Assembly (NCBI RefSeq): GCF_963921235.1
Contig: NC_086108.1
Span: forward strand, 74,774,001-74,838,000
Origin: Mobula hypostoma
Taxonomy: Eukaryota
Length of the DNA stretch: 64,000 nucleotides
Direction: 5' to 3'
How positions within the stretch are numbered: the first letter of the stretch is position 1; the number at the start of each line of letters is the position of its first letter. The notes beneath the pieces were generated by a model. That model was given only the letters and a program-made list of their open reading frames with translations. It was not told where the DNA came from and made no database searches. Position numbers and translations under genes: made by a program. Of the stretch, positions 25,159 through 38,220 are shown one piece after another.

Positions 25159-27199
25159 AGGTGTTGTGGATCCAGGTTAGATTGTCCATTATGTACATAC
25201 CAAGGAACTTAGTGCTCTTCACTCTCTCCACAACAGATCCATAAATGTGCAGTGGAGAGTGGTTGATTTACAGCTTCCTGAAGTCTACAATCATCTCTTT
25301 TGTCCACATTGAGACTCCGGTTGTTGTTGTCAGACCATTTGACAAGTCTCTCTACCTGCTGTCTGTATGCCAACTCATCACTGCTGCTGATGAGGCCAAC
25401 CACTGCTGTATCATCAGCAAACTTGATGTTACAGTTTGTGCTGAATCTAGCAGTGCAGTCGTGAGTTAGTACTGTGAATATCAGAGGACTGAGCACACAG
25501 TCAAAGAAGCACCATTGCTTAGTGTGATGGAACTTGAGATGTTGCTGCCAACTCGGACTGGCTGGGGTCTTTCTGTTAAGAACTCCAAGATCCAGTTACA
25601 GAGAAGGGAGCTGAGCCCCAACGAGAAAAGTTTACCCACCAGCCTCTGAGGTGTGATTGTATTAAGTGCTGAGCTGGTCAGGAACAGTATCCTGGCATAT
25701 GAGGCATCATTTTCTTGGTGTGACAGGATGGAGTGGAGGGCCAAGGCTATGGCAACATCAGTGGACTGGTTTGAGCAATAGGTAAACTGGGAATGGTCCA
25801 ATGTAGCTGGAAGATGGAATTATAGATGATCCATTACCAGCCGCTCAAAGCACTTCATGAGTATTGAGGTCAGTGCTACTGGGCAGTAATTGTTATCAGG
25901 CATTCTCCTACATTTGGTCATGAAAGTGGCATCTCGGAGATCCCCTGGTATGCTCCTCCTTCCCATATGAAGAAGGTGTGGTTATGAATTGTGATTTAAA
26001 CTTTTCTTTGACTTGTTTTAGTAGTTTAACATGGATTTCAATTGCCCCAGTAGTTTGTTTCTTAATTTCTGGATGGCTGTTTCAGCCACTTGCTGGGCTG
26101 GGGTAATGTTGTGGTTGAGTCAAGAAGAGAATCAGCTTGGTTTTGGGAGTTCTTGTAGGGTGTACTGAACACCTCATGATCCTTGGTAATCTCTCCTCCA
26201 TTCTTGTATCTCTGGCTCTTAGCAGGACCCTTGGGAGTTTGGGTTGATGATAGTCTTGTCAGCATTGACAAGCCCACATATGCCTTGATTGTTGGCAAGT
26301 CGTTCAATATTCTGTGAATTTTTTTCATTCGCTCTTTAGATCAGGATGCTTTTTTGTTGCACCTCTGTTTTTAGATTCTTGGAGATTAGCTTCTTATTCT
26401 TGTGGGTTGTGATTATTTTTCAGGTTGAGAATAACTTGTGTTTATGAGCAATTAGATCCTGCATTACCTGGCTATTTTCGTCAAAGAAATCTCAGTGGTA
26501 GAGAAACTGAGAATCTTGTTACAGGTGTTAATTACGATGGGTTTCAGGGGAGTTAAGGAACTGTGGACTTGTTGCTGCTCGATTTTACATTGGTAAACTC
26601 AGCATGGGATTCGATCTTAGATCTCGGCTGCTCTGAAGCTGTTTCTTTCACTGACACTGTGCAGAGAGGGAGCTACAAGTATAAAAGAAACAAATATCTG
26701 CTGAACTGGAAAAACACATTATTATTTTCTGACAAGATACTGAACACAATATATTTAAGTGAGTTAGTTTAAGCATTTTGTTAAGTATGTATGCAAAAGG
26801 CTGAAACATAAATTTACTTCCTGTCTTTCAAGGTAAAAGATGATTTGCTTAACTAATTTACTATTAAGTAAAAAGACTCAGCAATGCTTATCATTCTGTG
26901 TGTCAATGAGAACATTGTAGGGATATCAAAGAAACATATCTTCCACAGGAAAGTAAGAACTTGGGCTTGATTTTGATGAACGCACAGAAAAAAGAATTAT
27001 TTGCAAAGTCAACTCGGGTAAAAAAAATGGAAAGAAAACAAATTGATGAAAAACCTTGATTTGATGACTTATTCAGTGAACTAATTAGGATTTTGCATGC
27101 TTAACTACCTGATAATTTCTCAAGGACATGCAGCGCAGATATGAGTGCAAATTCTACTGAATGTGAAGTAAGAAACTATAAAATAGATGCCTCATACAG

Positions 27200-27393
27200 T
27201 GTCACTTGATAAACCAACCAGTAGTCGTGTTATTTTTCAACACTGCACACATTTTTAACGATCCATTTACTGAATGGTTCATTTAAAATTGGTGCAGTTT
27301 TGTATCTACTGTGAATGACTGCAAGGAAATGAATCTTAGTGTTGCATGTGGTGACATATATGTACTTTGATAATAAGTTTACTTTGAACTTTG
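27200..27393 (+). mobile_element. Rex1/Babar-like 3' tail
   Basis: 'tgtactttgataataagtttactttgaactttga' tail. Confidence 0.65.
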
Positions 27394-27699
27394 AACACCC
27401 ATAGTCAGGAATTTATTCTGGGGGATAAAAAAGGAAGTATACTTAAAATCAGAGTGGGCTCTTGCAGAATATAAAGATAAAAGGAAAGTGTTCAAGCTGG
27501 TGATTAGGAAAGCCAAAAGGGGCCATGAAATGCCCTTGTCAAACAGGATCAAGGAGATTATCAAGGCTTTTTATACTTATTAAGAAAAAGAGGATAACTA
27601 AGGAGAGAATAGATCCACTTAATGATAAAGGAGGGAATTTATACTTCGAATCTTGGAATGGGACATACAAATATGCTGGGACATTTTGAGATTAAGAAC

Positions 27700-28930
27700 A
27701 AGATTGCTGTTTTTAGTCATCCTTCAACAATAATAACCTCAAAAATCCATCCTTAATGCTTTTGTCCTAGCAGACAGCTGTCCCACCTCCATTCCTCCTT
27801 CTCTAGAGCTTTAAATGTATTGTGACCACTTAAATGTATCCTTATCTTTCCAGACACTCCTTGTTTAAATCCCTTAGTCTGGTTATCATATCTGTCTTGT
27901 CCTGGAACAGCTCACTAGAAACAGTGAGAAAGTTAATATATCTCTCCTCATTCTCTCTGAAATGCATCCGTTGTTATAAGTTGATCATGCCCTCATCCTC
28001 CAACACTTCTCTATCATCCAATATGAAGAAGCGATGTTCTCCTAGTTGTATTATTATCCATCTTTTTATCCGCACTGCATTTCCAGGTCCCACTCCATTA
28101 CAACTATGTCCCATGGATCTATTCCTGCCCCTTTTCCTTCTCTTGCATCAGTTTCCGTGTACATGGGTGAATTCAGCTCATCTACCTTCACCTTTCTTCA
28201 TCGTCCATTGCCCTGAATTGTCATGCTTCTTGTTGGCCATCCAGTACTGCAGAAATCTTCCTGAATTAAATATTGACTTTGGTGCCTGAGACAGACTCCA
28301 TTCCTGAATCATTGGCCTCATTTATTTCCTTGCTGGATTGTTTGAAACAGATGGCTCACAATCTTGGTTTCATGTTTGACCCCAAGATGAGCTTGAGACC
28401 ATTTATCTGTGAGGATCATTCAGTTGCACTTTCATTTCTGCCATTGTAAACTTCTGGTGATTCCTAGTCAGCTTTTCTCATTGTACTGATTGCAAACTTG
28501 AGGGTTTTCAAATTCTGCAAGCCATGTCCTAACCTCTACTAGAAGCCAATCACCCATTGCCCCAATGCTTCCTGACAAATGTTGTGTCTGCATTAAGCAA
28601 CATCTTGACATTTAAATCGTCATCCTTGTTTTTTCGAACTCCTCCACTCCTCCCTTTCTCTATAATCTCCTCCGCATCTGCAATCCTTCAAAAAATTTGC
28701 TTCCACTTCTGATCGTTGCCAATGTTAATCACTTCTCTATCAACAGACATCAAGCTTTAGGCTTTAAGTTTCCCCCTAACTTTCTACCTTTCAGGCCCCT
28801 CTTTCCTCTTCTTTGAAACCTTAAGATTCTTCTCATAATTATGGAGTCATCTGTTGTATTATTTTTAAATGACAGTTGTTGTCAAACTTCTGTTTGATAG
28901 CCACTTGTAAAGCTCTTCATATTATATTAG
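27700..28930 (+). mobile_element. Old L2-clade LINE relic
   Basis: Pyrimidine-rich sense strand; decayed VP(Q)GSIL ('gtcccatggatctattc') and NLGFMFDPKMS ('aatcttggtttcatgtttgaccccaagatgagc'). Confidence 0.55.
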
Positions 28931-30317
28931 AAGCCATAAAAAGTTGCTGTGAATCATCAACTTTTATTAGCTTTGTGGTGGGTCAAGTCAGTTTACTGAT
29001 TGATTCAGAATATACACTCTAACCTGCCAATTTATATGTAATTCTGTAGGTTAATGCAGAGCTTTTGAAATTGAGAGGCATTTCATGCCTGTCATTAACA
29101 CGTGAAGAGAATGCCACTTATGACTCATTTGACAAGTAATTCTGCGATGTGAAGTTTTTCCAGTGGGGGTTCTGTAGCCCTCCTCTCACCCCACCTTAGG
29201 CTGATTTTACTCTCTAAATTTCAGACAGCCTCTGAAATAACCCAGCCTACAGATATCTTCAATACTCCTCAGTTTAAATGTGTTTCTTTTGTTTAGCAAG
29301 TTGTTTTGCTTCCAGCTTGTGCAGCATAAATTGTTTTTGGAAGTGCTCGCAACACCTAGGGTCCTCACCAATAAGGAGAAATAAATGAAAATGGATTTCC
29401 AGCATTTACAGAATCTCTTGTGTTTGTAAACAAAAGCAACCCCCCCTTCCGCAACCATTTCTCCCAAGATCCCGCAACCCCCGCTCTACACCCGCTACTC
29501 GGCTTGAATTTTTTTTAAAAGGTTTGTTGCCCTGAGTCCTGTAGCTCTGTGGAATGTCTGTGTTTTTCTATCCTTGCATCAAAGCACTCAGGAACCCTGG
29601 GGCCTTCTGATGCTGAGAGGAAACAGATAAATCGTTGTCTTTTAAAAGCTTGTCAGCCTCAAATATCACTTTCTTGCTCAGTGGTCAGCAAATTTCTGAA
29701 AAGTTTATTTTGCCCTGCTTGGAATTTGTGTGGCTGCTTGCTTGCTGTCATCTTCATGCAAAAATAAAATTAATAACCTGGATGTCAACATTTGAAGAAA
29801 ATAGGAGCCTTTATACATTTCAAAAGCAGCAAAACAATTCATTACTCCCTTTTAAGCTTCTAGGCAACATGACCACAGCATGTTGTTCTGTTGTTCTGTC
29901 TGTTCGGTGTCTGGAGTAGAGTAGGCGAAATGCATAGATGCCTTTAAAACAAAGCCAGGTAAATACATAAGGGATTGAAGTATAAAATATGCACCAGTAA
30001 GATTAAACAGGCTAGGGTGGGAGGAGCCTTGTCAATAGCAGAAATATTATTAACCAGCTTGGTGTGATGTTTGCTTTTGTGCAACAAATTTTTAAAAAAT
30101 GACCTAGAACTTGCAGTGAGAATAGTGATATCACTATCTATTTAAAATCTAACAATATCTCCATAGTTAAATTTATGATCTCTCAGTGATAACCTGTTCC
30201 TCCCCAGGGTAGAGTGTGGAAGCCTTATTCACTGCAATCAGCGGAAAGTACCTAAAATATGCAAATGATCTGCAAACTATTCCTGTTGAAAATGTTAATC
30301 TCATTGAATAAGATGTG

Positions 30318-32184
30318 CAGTGGTGCTAGAAAGTTTGTGGACCCTGCAGATTTTCTCTGTTTATGCATAGATATGACCTAAAGTGGGATCAGATCTTCAC
30401 CTGTCCTAAAACTAGATAAAGAGAACCTAGTTGAATAAATAACACAAAAAATATTATACTTGTTCATCTATTTATTGAAAAAAAAAGATCCAATATTACA
30501 TGTATTTGTTGGGAAAAGTATGTGAACATCTATGGTAATGCCTTCTACAAAAGCTATCTGGAGTCAGGTGTTCCAATCAACGAAGTGAGATTGGAGATGT
30601 GGGTTGTAGAGGTGCCTTGCCCTATAAAAAAAGACACAAAATCTGGTTACTGACAGGACATGTTCTTCTCAAGAAAGATCTGTTTATGTGCACTGTGCCT
30701 CAACCAAAACAACTTTCAGAGGACCTTAGAAGATTTGTAGAGATGCATGAAGCTGGAAAAGGCTACAAAAACTTTTCTAAAGACCTGAGTGTCCATCAGT
30801 CTACAGTAAGAAAAATTGTCTACCAATGGAGGAAACTGAGTACTGTTGCTATGCTCCCTAGGAGCGGGCGTCCCTCAAGTATAACACCAAGAGCACAACA
30901 TGTAATGCTGAAGGAGGTGGAAAAGAACCCAAGAGTAACAGCAACAGATCTGCAGAAATCTCTAGAAATTGCTAAAGTCTTTGTCCACTATAAGAAAAAC
31001 ACTGAACATGAATGGTGTTCATGGAAGACACCATGGAGCAAACCTTTGCTCTCCAAAATAAAACATTGCTGCATGTGTCAAATTTGCAAAAGGCCACCTG
31101 AATGTTCTGCCACACTTCTGTGGACGGATGAGATAAAAATTGAAAATTTTGGCAGAAATGACATTGCATGTTTGGAGGCAACAGGGTACTATACACCAAC
31201 ACCAAAACCTCATCACCACAACTGTGAAGCATGGTGGAAGGAACATCATGGTCTGGGGCTGCTTTGCTGCCTCAGGGCCTGAATAGCTTGCAATCATTGT
31301 GGGAACAATGAATTCAAAATCGTATCAAGATGTTTTACAGGAGAATATCAGAGTAGCGGTCCATTACCTGAAGCTTAATAGAAATTGGATAAAGCAAACA
31401 GACAATGATCCGAAAGACCAGAGTGAATCAACAACCGAATGGTTCAAATACACTCAAAAACTTCTATAGTTGTACCGTGGAGAGCATTCTGACAGGCTGC
31501 ATCACTGTCTGGTATGGAGGGGCTACCGCACAGGACCGAAAGAAGCTGCAGAAGGTTGTGAGTCTAGTCAGCTCCATCTTGGGCACTAGCTTACTAAGTA
31601 CCCAGAACATCTTTAGGGAGTGGTGTCTCAGAAAGACAGCATCCATTATTAGGACCTCCAGCACCTAAGTTAACAATATTCATGTCACATGCCAGTGATA
31701 ATAAACCTGATTCTGGTTCTGATTCTGGAAAAGAAGGTTTTAGAATGGCCAGTTCAAAATCCTGACTTTAATCCTATAGAAATGTTGTGGAAGGACCTGA
31801 AGCAAGCAGTTCATGCAAGGAAGCCCACCAACATCCCAGAGTTGAAGCAGTTTTCTAAGAAGGAATGGCTTATAATTCCTTCAAGCTAATGAGCAGGGCT
31901 GATCAACTGTTACCGGAAACATTTGGTTGAAGTTATTGCTATACAAGGGGATCAAACCAGTTACTGAAGGCAAAGGTTCACATACTTTTTCCAACAAATA
32001 CTTGTAATACTGGACCACTTTTCTCAATAAATAAATGAACAAGTATAATGTTTTTTGTGTTATTTATTTAATTGGATTCTTTTTGCCTAGTTTAGGACAT
32101 GTGAAGATCGGATCACACTTTAGGTCATATTTATACAGAACTACAGAAAATTCTACAGGGTTCACAAACTTTCTAGCACCACTG
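30318..32184 (+). mobile_element. Tc1-family DNA transposon with IR-DR TIRs of about 210 bp; transposase pseudogene
   Basis: CAGTGGTGCTAGAAAGTTTGTG at 30318 and its inverse ending at 32184, followed by TA (left flank is TG). Paired-like HTH GKGYK..SK.L.V..STV, GRP, LWTDE, DNDPK and WPVQNPDFNPIEMLW. Confidence 0.95.
31446..31727 (+). mobile_element. Rex1/Babar 3' fragment inserted in the Tc1 catalytic domain
   Basis: NTLKNFYSCTVESILTGCITVWYG and tail 'cctgattctggttctgattctg', lying between the Tc1 DNDPK and WPxQxPD motifs. Confidence 0.9.
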
Positions 32185-33561
32185 TAAGTAATATTTCAAT
32201 AGTTTACTGTTCCATAAATCTTATTGGCTTTAAAATACTTTTCTGTGTTTGGTGTCTAATTCCCTCAAATGCTCTTTAAACTTCATAGATTTAAGTAATT
32301 AAATTATGGTTTTCATTCAGTTTTCAAACTTTGGAATTTCCTAGCTTCTCTTTCTGTTCCTCTCTTTATTCTGGATTTTACTCTCAGGTTTGATGTTGAT
32401 GGAATTCCTTCAATGATACTGGGTGTTCCACCGCATTGATGACTATGATGTTATTGGACATCTGAGAAATCCACACTGCAGGGACTGGGAGCGGAACTGT
32501 TTTGTACAGATTGCTTCCAATCTTGCCTGTGTGTTATGTACAGAACGTAATATGAGAGGGGACATTGCAAGCAAAATAAACAGCTGCACTTTTGCTCCTC
32601 ACCTCTCTGTCCATCGTGTACGTTGCTAACAGCCAGGCGGTTTCCCAGTACCACAAACATCACAACTGGCGACGAGGTGACAAGTCCCCATGCGATATTT
32701 ATTGTTTTCTTCCCTTCAGCAAGAGAAGTCCATGAGCAATTCCAGCACGTGTGCTTTCTGAGGTGACCCCTACTGACAATTCAGTACTCAAGCCAACATC
32801 TATACATACATCACCAAGAGATAAAGTGACTTTGATGTCATCCCCAGGTCCACAGTTCCATCACAGGAACAGGCAGCCTCCAGAACAGATTGAAGACTAA
32901 CCCTCACCACACAGGGCAGAAAAATCCCCAATGTTATGTCTAGGAATAGAGACACTTTAACCTCTTTCCCTAGGTTAGAAAAAAATGTTTTTTTGTTGCT
33001 GTTTGGATTATATGATTACTCCATTGAATGTTAATAGTTCGGCAGCTGGACTGTGTATGGGAAATGGGGAGAAAGTTTTGAAATAAAGGGGAAGGGATAT
33101 GTTATGTATTCATGTATATTTTGACCCTTACCGTTTGCTCTCAAGCTTCCTTGAGGGTTACACATTGAACATAATGTGAGAGGGCATTCTGGGTAAATGA
33201 CTTACAAGGAAAATAAACAGCTGCTCTTTTGTCCCTCATCTCTCTGTCTCTTGAGTGTCCTATTCACGGCCACCCGGCTTCCCTGTATGACAAACAGAAC
33301 AGGAATATGGAGATCTTTGTTCACAGTCATAATCTGGATCTATGTAATTCTGCAAAGTCTATACTTGGCTTGCAAGTCTGAGGAAATGAGAGAAGCAGAA
33401 CTTATTCGTCATTGAATTTGTTTACCCAAATATAATTGTCAGGAAATTTATTACATCTGCTCACGCAGCTTTGTGCTTGAAAAAGGTGCAAAAAGGGATA
33501 TTGATGCCATTGCTGAAAAACACATCAATATCCCTGCAAGATAAGTAATTGAACTTCGTGA

Positions 33562-33564
<3 letters not shown>

Positions 33565-33595
<31 letters not shown>
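33565..33595. repeat. (AG)n microsatellite
   Basis: Direct inspection. Confidence 0.95.
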
Positions 33596-33599
<4 letters not shown>

Positions 33600-33861
33600 A
33601 GTCAGACTAACAGATTAAGGAGCCTGTAACTGGGCTAATAGGAAATAACAATAAATCAACAAACATTTATGAAATTAAAATTATGCTTGACAAATCTGTT
33701 AGATTTTGATGCCACTATTAACAGGATAGAAGAAAGTAAACAAATGATGAGGTGCGTTCAGTTATTTGGAAGGCCTTTGATAATTTCTACATTAGAGTTT
33801 ATATCATGCAACAAAATTAGAGCATAAAACTCAATATTTCAGAATTGTATGAATCTAACTT

Positions 33862-34711
33862 CTTATCCTGTTAAAATAACTGTAGTGGAAAGGGTTGTTA
33901 GAAAGGGTGAAGAAAAACTTGCAAATTCTTGTTATTGGCTAGCAGCTCTACCATCATGTGACCAGAACAGTTTTGAAGGAAATGAAGTGAAATTGAAGAG
34001 CACTTGAAGAGCACCAAAGCACAGAAGGCAAAGGAGCAAGTGCTGGTGAATAGAACTGGTATAGTTAGGTACCATTTGGTCGGCATGGACGTTCTGTGCC
34101 TCAGGGGCTATTTCTGTGCTATATGACACTGCCACTCTATAACTCTATTCCTGAGAATAACTATGAGCAACAGCATTAAAGAAATGCAGTCCTCCTGAGG
34201 GGAAAGAAAATCGTCCACAGGGAAGATGAAGACTATTACTGAACAGAAGTATCTGTGGTTGAGTGAAATAAAGGAAATGTCCAATTGTGACCCCAGCTGT
34301 GCTTCTTCATCAGCTCAGCTTCATGAAAGGTTAACTTTTTTTTTGCCTGGTTGCTCTTAGGGTCTAGTTCACATTTGAAAGCAGTCCAAGTCAGGCTGAG
34401 GAAAAAGGCAAATTCCACATCAGGGAACAATGAGATATTGCTGTTAAATTATTAACAGCAGTGTGAAGTTTTAAGGAGAAATTAGAACAAATTACTTAGC
34501 TATCAGATAAGCCTTAAACGTTTTCTCTGATGCACAGAAATCAATATTCTAGAAATGTCTGAAGCAAGCTACTTATCCTGTTAAAATAACTGTGTAGTGG
34601 AAAGGGTTGTTAGAAAGGATGAAAGAAAGCTTGTAAAACCTTGCCTTTGATTGTTAGTTGTTGCAAAGGTAGTGCACCATATGATCAGATAGCTTTGAAG
34701 GAAATGAAGTG
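33862..34711 (+). repeat. Dispersed direct repeat, two copies of about 130-140 bp (33862-33989 and 34572-34711)
   Basis: Both start 'cttatcctgttaaaataactgt(gt)agtggaaagggttgttagaaagg' and end 'tttgaaggaaatgaagtg'. Confidence 0.85.
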
Positions 34712-34935
34712 GATTCACTGGACAAAAGAAGGTATCTCCACTGAAGGAAACTTGGAAAGAGTTAGGGGCATTGAGTTGGGGGCATTATGGTGGGCTCTCA
34801 CTTCTTTCTTCAGTGCCTGGCTAGGATTCTAACACAAAATATCAATGGGCCACTCTGATGAGATGGATAATTATAACAATTAACTTGATATGAGGTAGAT
34901 TGGCCTCAAATCCTGGCAGAAACAAGGTCAACTGT

Positions 34936-35292
34936 GTGACACAGTGGCACAGCTAGTAGAGCCACTGTTTTACAGCACCACAGGACCAGAGTCAATCCTG
35001 ACCTTGGGTCCTGTCTGTGTGGAGTTTGCAAGTTCTTCCTGTGACTGTGTGGATTTCCTCCGGGTACCCTATTTTCCACCAGCATCTCAATGATGGGTTG
35101 GTGGGTAGGTTAATTAGCCATTGTAAATTGTCCATATTGTGTAAGTGACAGTGGGGAGGTATTGATAAAAATGGGGGAGAATAACAAATTGGCTTAATGT
35201 AGGGTAAGTATAAATGGGTAGCTGATGGTCAGTGCAGACCTGGTGGGCCAAAGAGTCTGCTTGTGTGCAGCATGTCTCTATCTCTTTATGAC
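34936..35292 (+). mobile_element. V-SINE (HE1-like) with a CR1-derived tail
   Basis: tRNA-like head 'tggcacagctagtagag...gtcaatcc'; V domain 'gtgtggagtttgcaagttcttcctgtgactgtgtggatttcctccggg'; CR1-type 3' end. Confidence 0.85.
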
Positions 35293-38220
35293 TTGGGCTA
35301 TCAAGAAAAATGGGTAGAATATTTAATTCTTCCTTTCTACTCTTATTTAGCCAACTTACTCCAAGCTATTGGAATTTTCGTAAGTGTATGAGTCTGATCA
35401 TGCTTTCAGAGCCTGATATGCTATTTAAACTTAAGGCCTAAGAGAAAAAAATATAACACCACTGGCAAACACTCCCCTCTTCAAATCTAAAGATGCTTGA
35501 AACAATTTTTTTTCTTTACCAGCTTGGTAAATTTATCAATACTCAAGATCAGCAGTTCCCGGACTGCAGACTAGGGTTGTGAGTGCAGTTCCTCTTTAAG
35601 AAAATGAAAGCGTGGAAAGCGCACGGGGCTACAGATACAATTGAAATGCAGAGACCTTAACCCCCCCCCTCCCCCCACTCCTGACTACCCTACGGGAGAA
35701 TGACGCACAGTCTCTGAAAAATAAAACTGCTGACCTTAGAGCAAAATCGCAGTACCAGAAGGACAGCAGGGACTACTGTGTACTTTGCTTCTTGGAAACC
35801 TGGCTCATGTCTACCATTTCAGACACAGTACTGCATCCCTATGGTTTTGCTACTCTCTGTAAAGACAGGACAACTGAGTGTTTCAAAGGTAGTGGAACAG
35901 AGAATTATTTATGACTAACTCATCATACTGCACAGGCATGGCAGTTCTGCCTCAATCCTGCTCACCCGATTTGGAGCATCCAGATGTCAAGTGTTGTCCA
36001 TTCTATTTGCTGAGGGAGTTTCCTGCCATCATCCTGGTTTTGGTGTACATCCCATCTCTGGGCAACATCAGGCAAGCACTAGAGGAGTTGAGCACAGTGA
36101 TCAGCAGTCACAAAACAATGTACCTGGATTGCATCCCTAGTACTGCGGGAGATTTCAGGCAGGTTAGCTTGAAGAAGTCTTGGAATAAGTACCACCTACG
36201 TGTCACCTATGGAACTAGAGGAACCAATGCACTTGACTACTCAAGAATGCTTACCAGCCATCTCCCTCTCACACTTCGGAAAGTCCAATTATCTGGCTGT
36301 ACATCTACTTCCAGTGTATTGGCAGAGACTAAAGACTGCAGCACCAGTGATGAGGACCAAGAAGGTATGGTCAAGGGAGGCAGAGATCACTTACAGGACT
36401 GCTTTGAGTCAGTGGACTGGACAATATGCAGGGATTTATCTTTGAACCTGAATAAATATGCCATAGTTGCCACTGACTTTATCAAGCCCTGGGTGGATGA
36501 GTGTGCGTGTTTGAGAACATACTGGACATACCCAAACCAAAAGCTGTGGATGAACCAGGAGATTTGTAGTCTGCTGAGGGTTAAGTCCATGGCATTCAAG
36601 TCTGGTGATCCAGAACTATACAAGAAGTCCGGGTATGACCTATGGAAGGCTATTTTAAAAGAGAAAAAATAAGTTCGATTGAATTTAGAGATGGAATTGT
36701 GCATCTCAGCCCTGACAGGGTCTGTAGGCCATTACTTCCTACAAGGAGAAACCTAACGTCATGAATGGCTGTGATACTTCACTCCCAGATGAGCTCAACA
36801 CCTCTTATGCATGCTTTGAAATTGAGAATAAAACTACATCTATGCAAATCCCGGCAGCATCTGATGACCTTGAGATCTGTTTTTTGGAGGCTGACATCAA
36901 TACATCTTTTGATGGATGAACCCTCACAAGATGTCTGCCCCTGATGGCTGTACCTGGCAGGGAGCTGAAACCCTGTTGCAACCAACTGGCGGGAGAAATC
37001 AAGGACACCTTCCATCTCTCACTGCTGCAGTCTAAGTTTCCCACCTGCTTCAAAAGGGCAACAATCATATCAGTGTCCAAGAAGAGCAGGGTAAGCTGCC
37101 ACAACAACTATCGACCAGTCGCACTCATACCTACTGTGATGAAGTGCTTTGAGAGGCTGGTCATGGCCAGAATCTGTTCCTGCCTAAGCAAGGACCTGGA
37201 CCTGCTGCATTTTGCCTATCACCACGATGTCTACAATGGATGCCATCTCACTGGCACTCCTTATGACAATAACAGGCTGTTGTTTATTGATTATAGCTCA
37301 GTGTTCTACACAATTATATGATCAATTCTAATCAACAAGCTCCAAAACCTGGGCTTCTGTACCTCTGCAACTGGATCCTTGACACCCTCACCGGGAGACC
37401 ACAGTCTGTGTGAATCCAAAGTAACATCTCCACTTCAATGACAATCAACACTGGCACACCTCAAGGATGTGTGCGTAGCCCACCGCTCCAGTCTCTCTTC
37501 AACCACGTCTTTGTGACTAGGCACAACACCATCTATAATTTTGCCAAAGTCACAGCTATCGTTTGCAGAATCTCAGATGGTGACGAAAAGGTGTACGGGA
37601 GCGAGACAGATCAGCTGATTGAGTGGTGTTATAACAGTAACCTTGTACTCAACATCAGAAGGACCAAAGAATTATTTATGGACTTCAGGAAGAGGAAGCT
37701 GAGGGAACATACACCTGTCCTCATTGAGAGATTATCAGTTTCAAGTTTTTGGGTTTCAACATGGCTGAAGGTCTATCCTAGGCACAATGTATTGATGCAA
37801 TTACAAAGAAGGCATGAGAGTGGCTATATTTCATTAGGAATTTGAGGAGACTTGCTATGTCAGCAAAGATTCTCTCAAATTTCTACAGATGTACCATGGA
37901 GAATATTCTAACTGGTTGCATCACCATCTGCTATGGGGGAGGGATCACTGCAAGGGCTGGAAGAAACTGCAGAAAATTGCACACTCAGCCAGCTCCATCA
38001 TGGGCACTAACTTCCCCAGTTGAAGATACTTTCAAAAGACAATGCCTCAAAAATGTGACATTCATCATTAAGGGCCCCCATCACCCAGGGCATGCCCTCT
38101 TCTCATTGCTACTATCAAGGAGGAGGTACAGGAGCTTAAAGATACACCCTCAACAGTTCGGGAACAGCTTCATCCACTCCGCCATCAGAATGGACAATGA
38201 ACCCAGGTACATTACCTTAA

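Larger units (their letters stand above)
22105..25900 (-). mobile_element. Rex1/Babar LINE copy B, host to three nested insertions
   Basis: Minus-strand IKFADDTAVVGLI and LCNWILEFLTERPQ; tail 'aataaacttgaacttga' at about 22105-22127. Confidence 0.8.
20150..26680 (-). mobile_element. Old RTE-clade LINE fragments (about 20150-20640, 21110-22090 and 25900-26680), split by younger insertions
   Basis: Minus strand near 21730-21830 reads MQAIIFTNG.T.DPI...VKQGSVIIP, an RTE-type RT motif. Assignment of the flanking decayed segments to the same element is less certain. Confidence 0.55.

Noticed and set aside
32388..32439. Peptide FDVDGIPSMILGVPPH* after a strong acceptor, superficially thioredoxin-like
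   Set aside because: Too short, and no upstream partner exons or CxxC motif were found.
32401..32472. C/D snoRNA-like layout (ATGATAC...ATGATGT...CTGA, short terminal stem, gggtgttccaccgc partly complementary to the 5.8S rRNA 5' end)
   Set aside because: Box C lacks the terminal GA needed for the K-turn, the D' box is out of register for the known U14 site, and the guide has a central mismatch. Likely chance; snoscan or Rfam would settle it.
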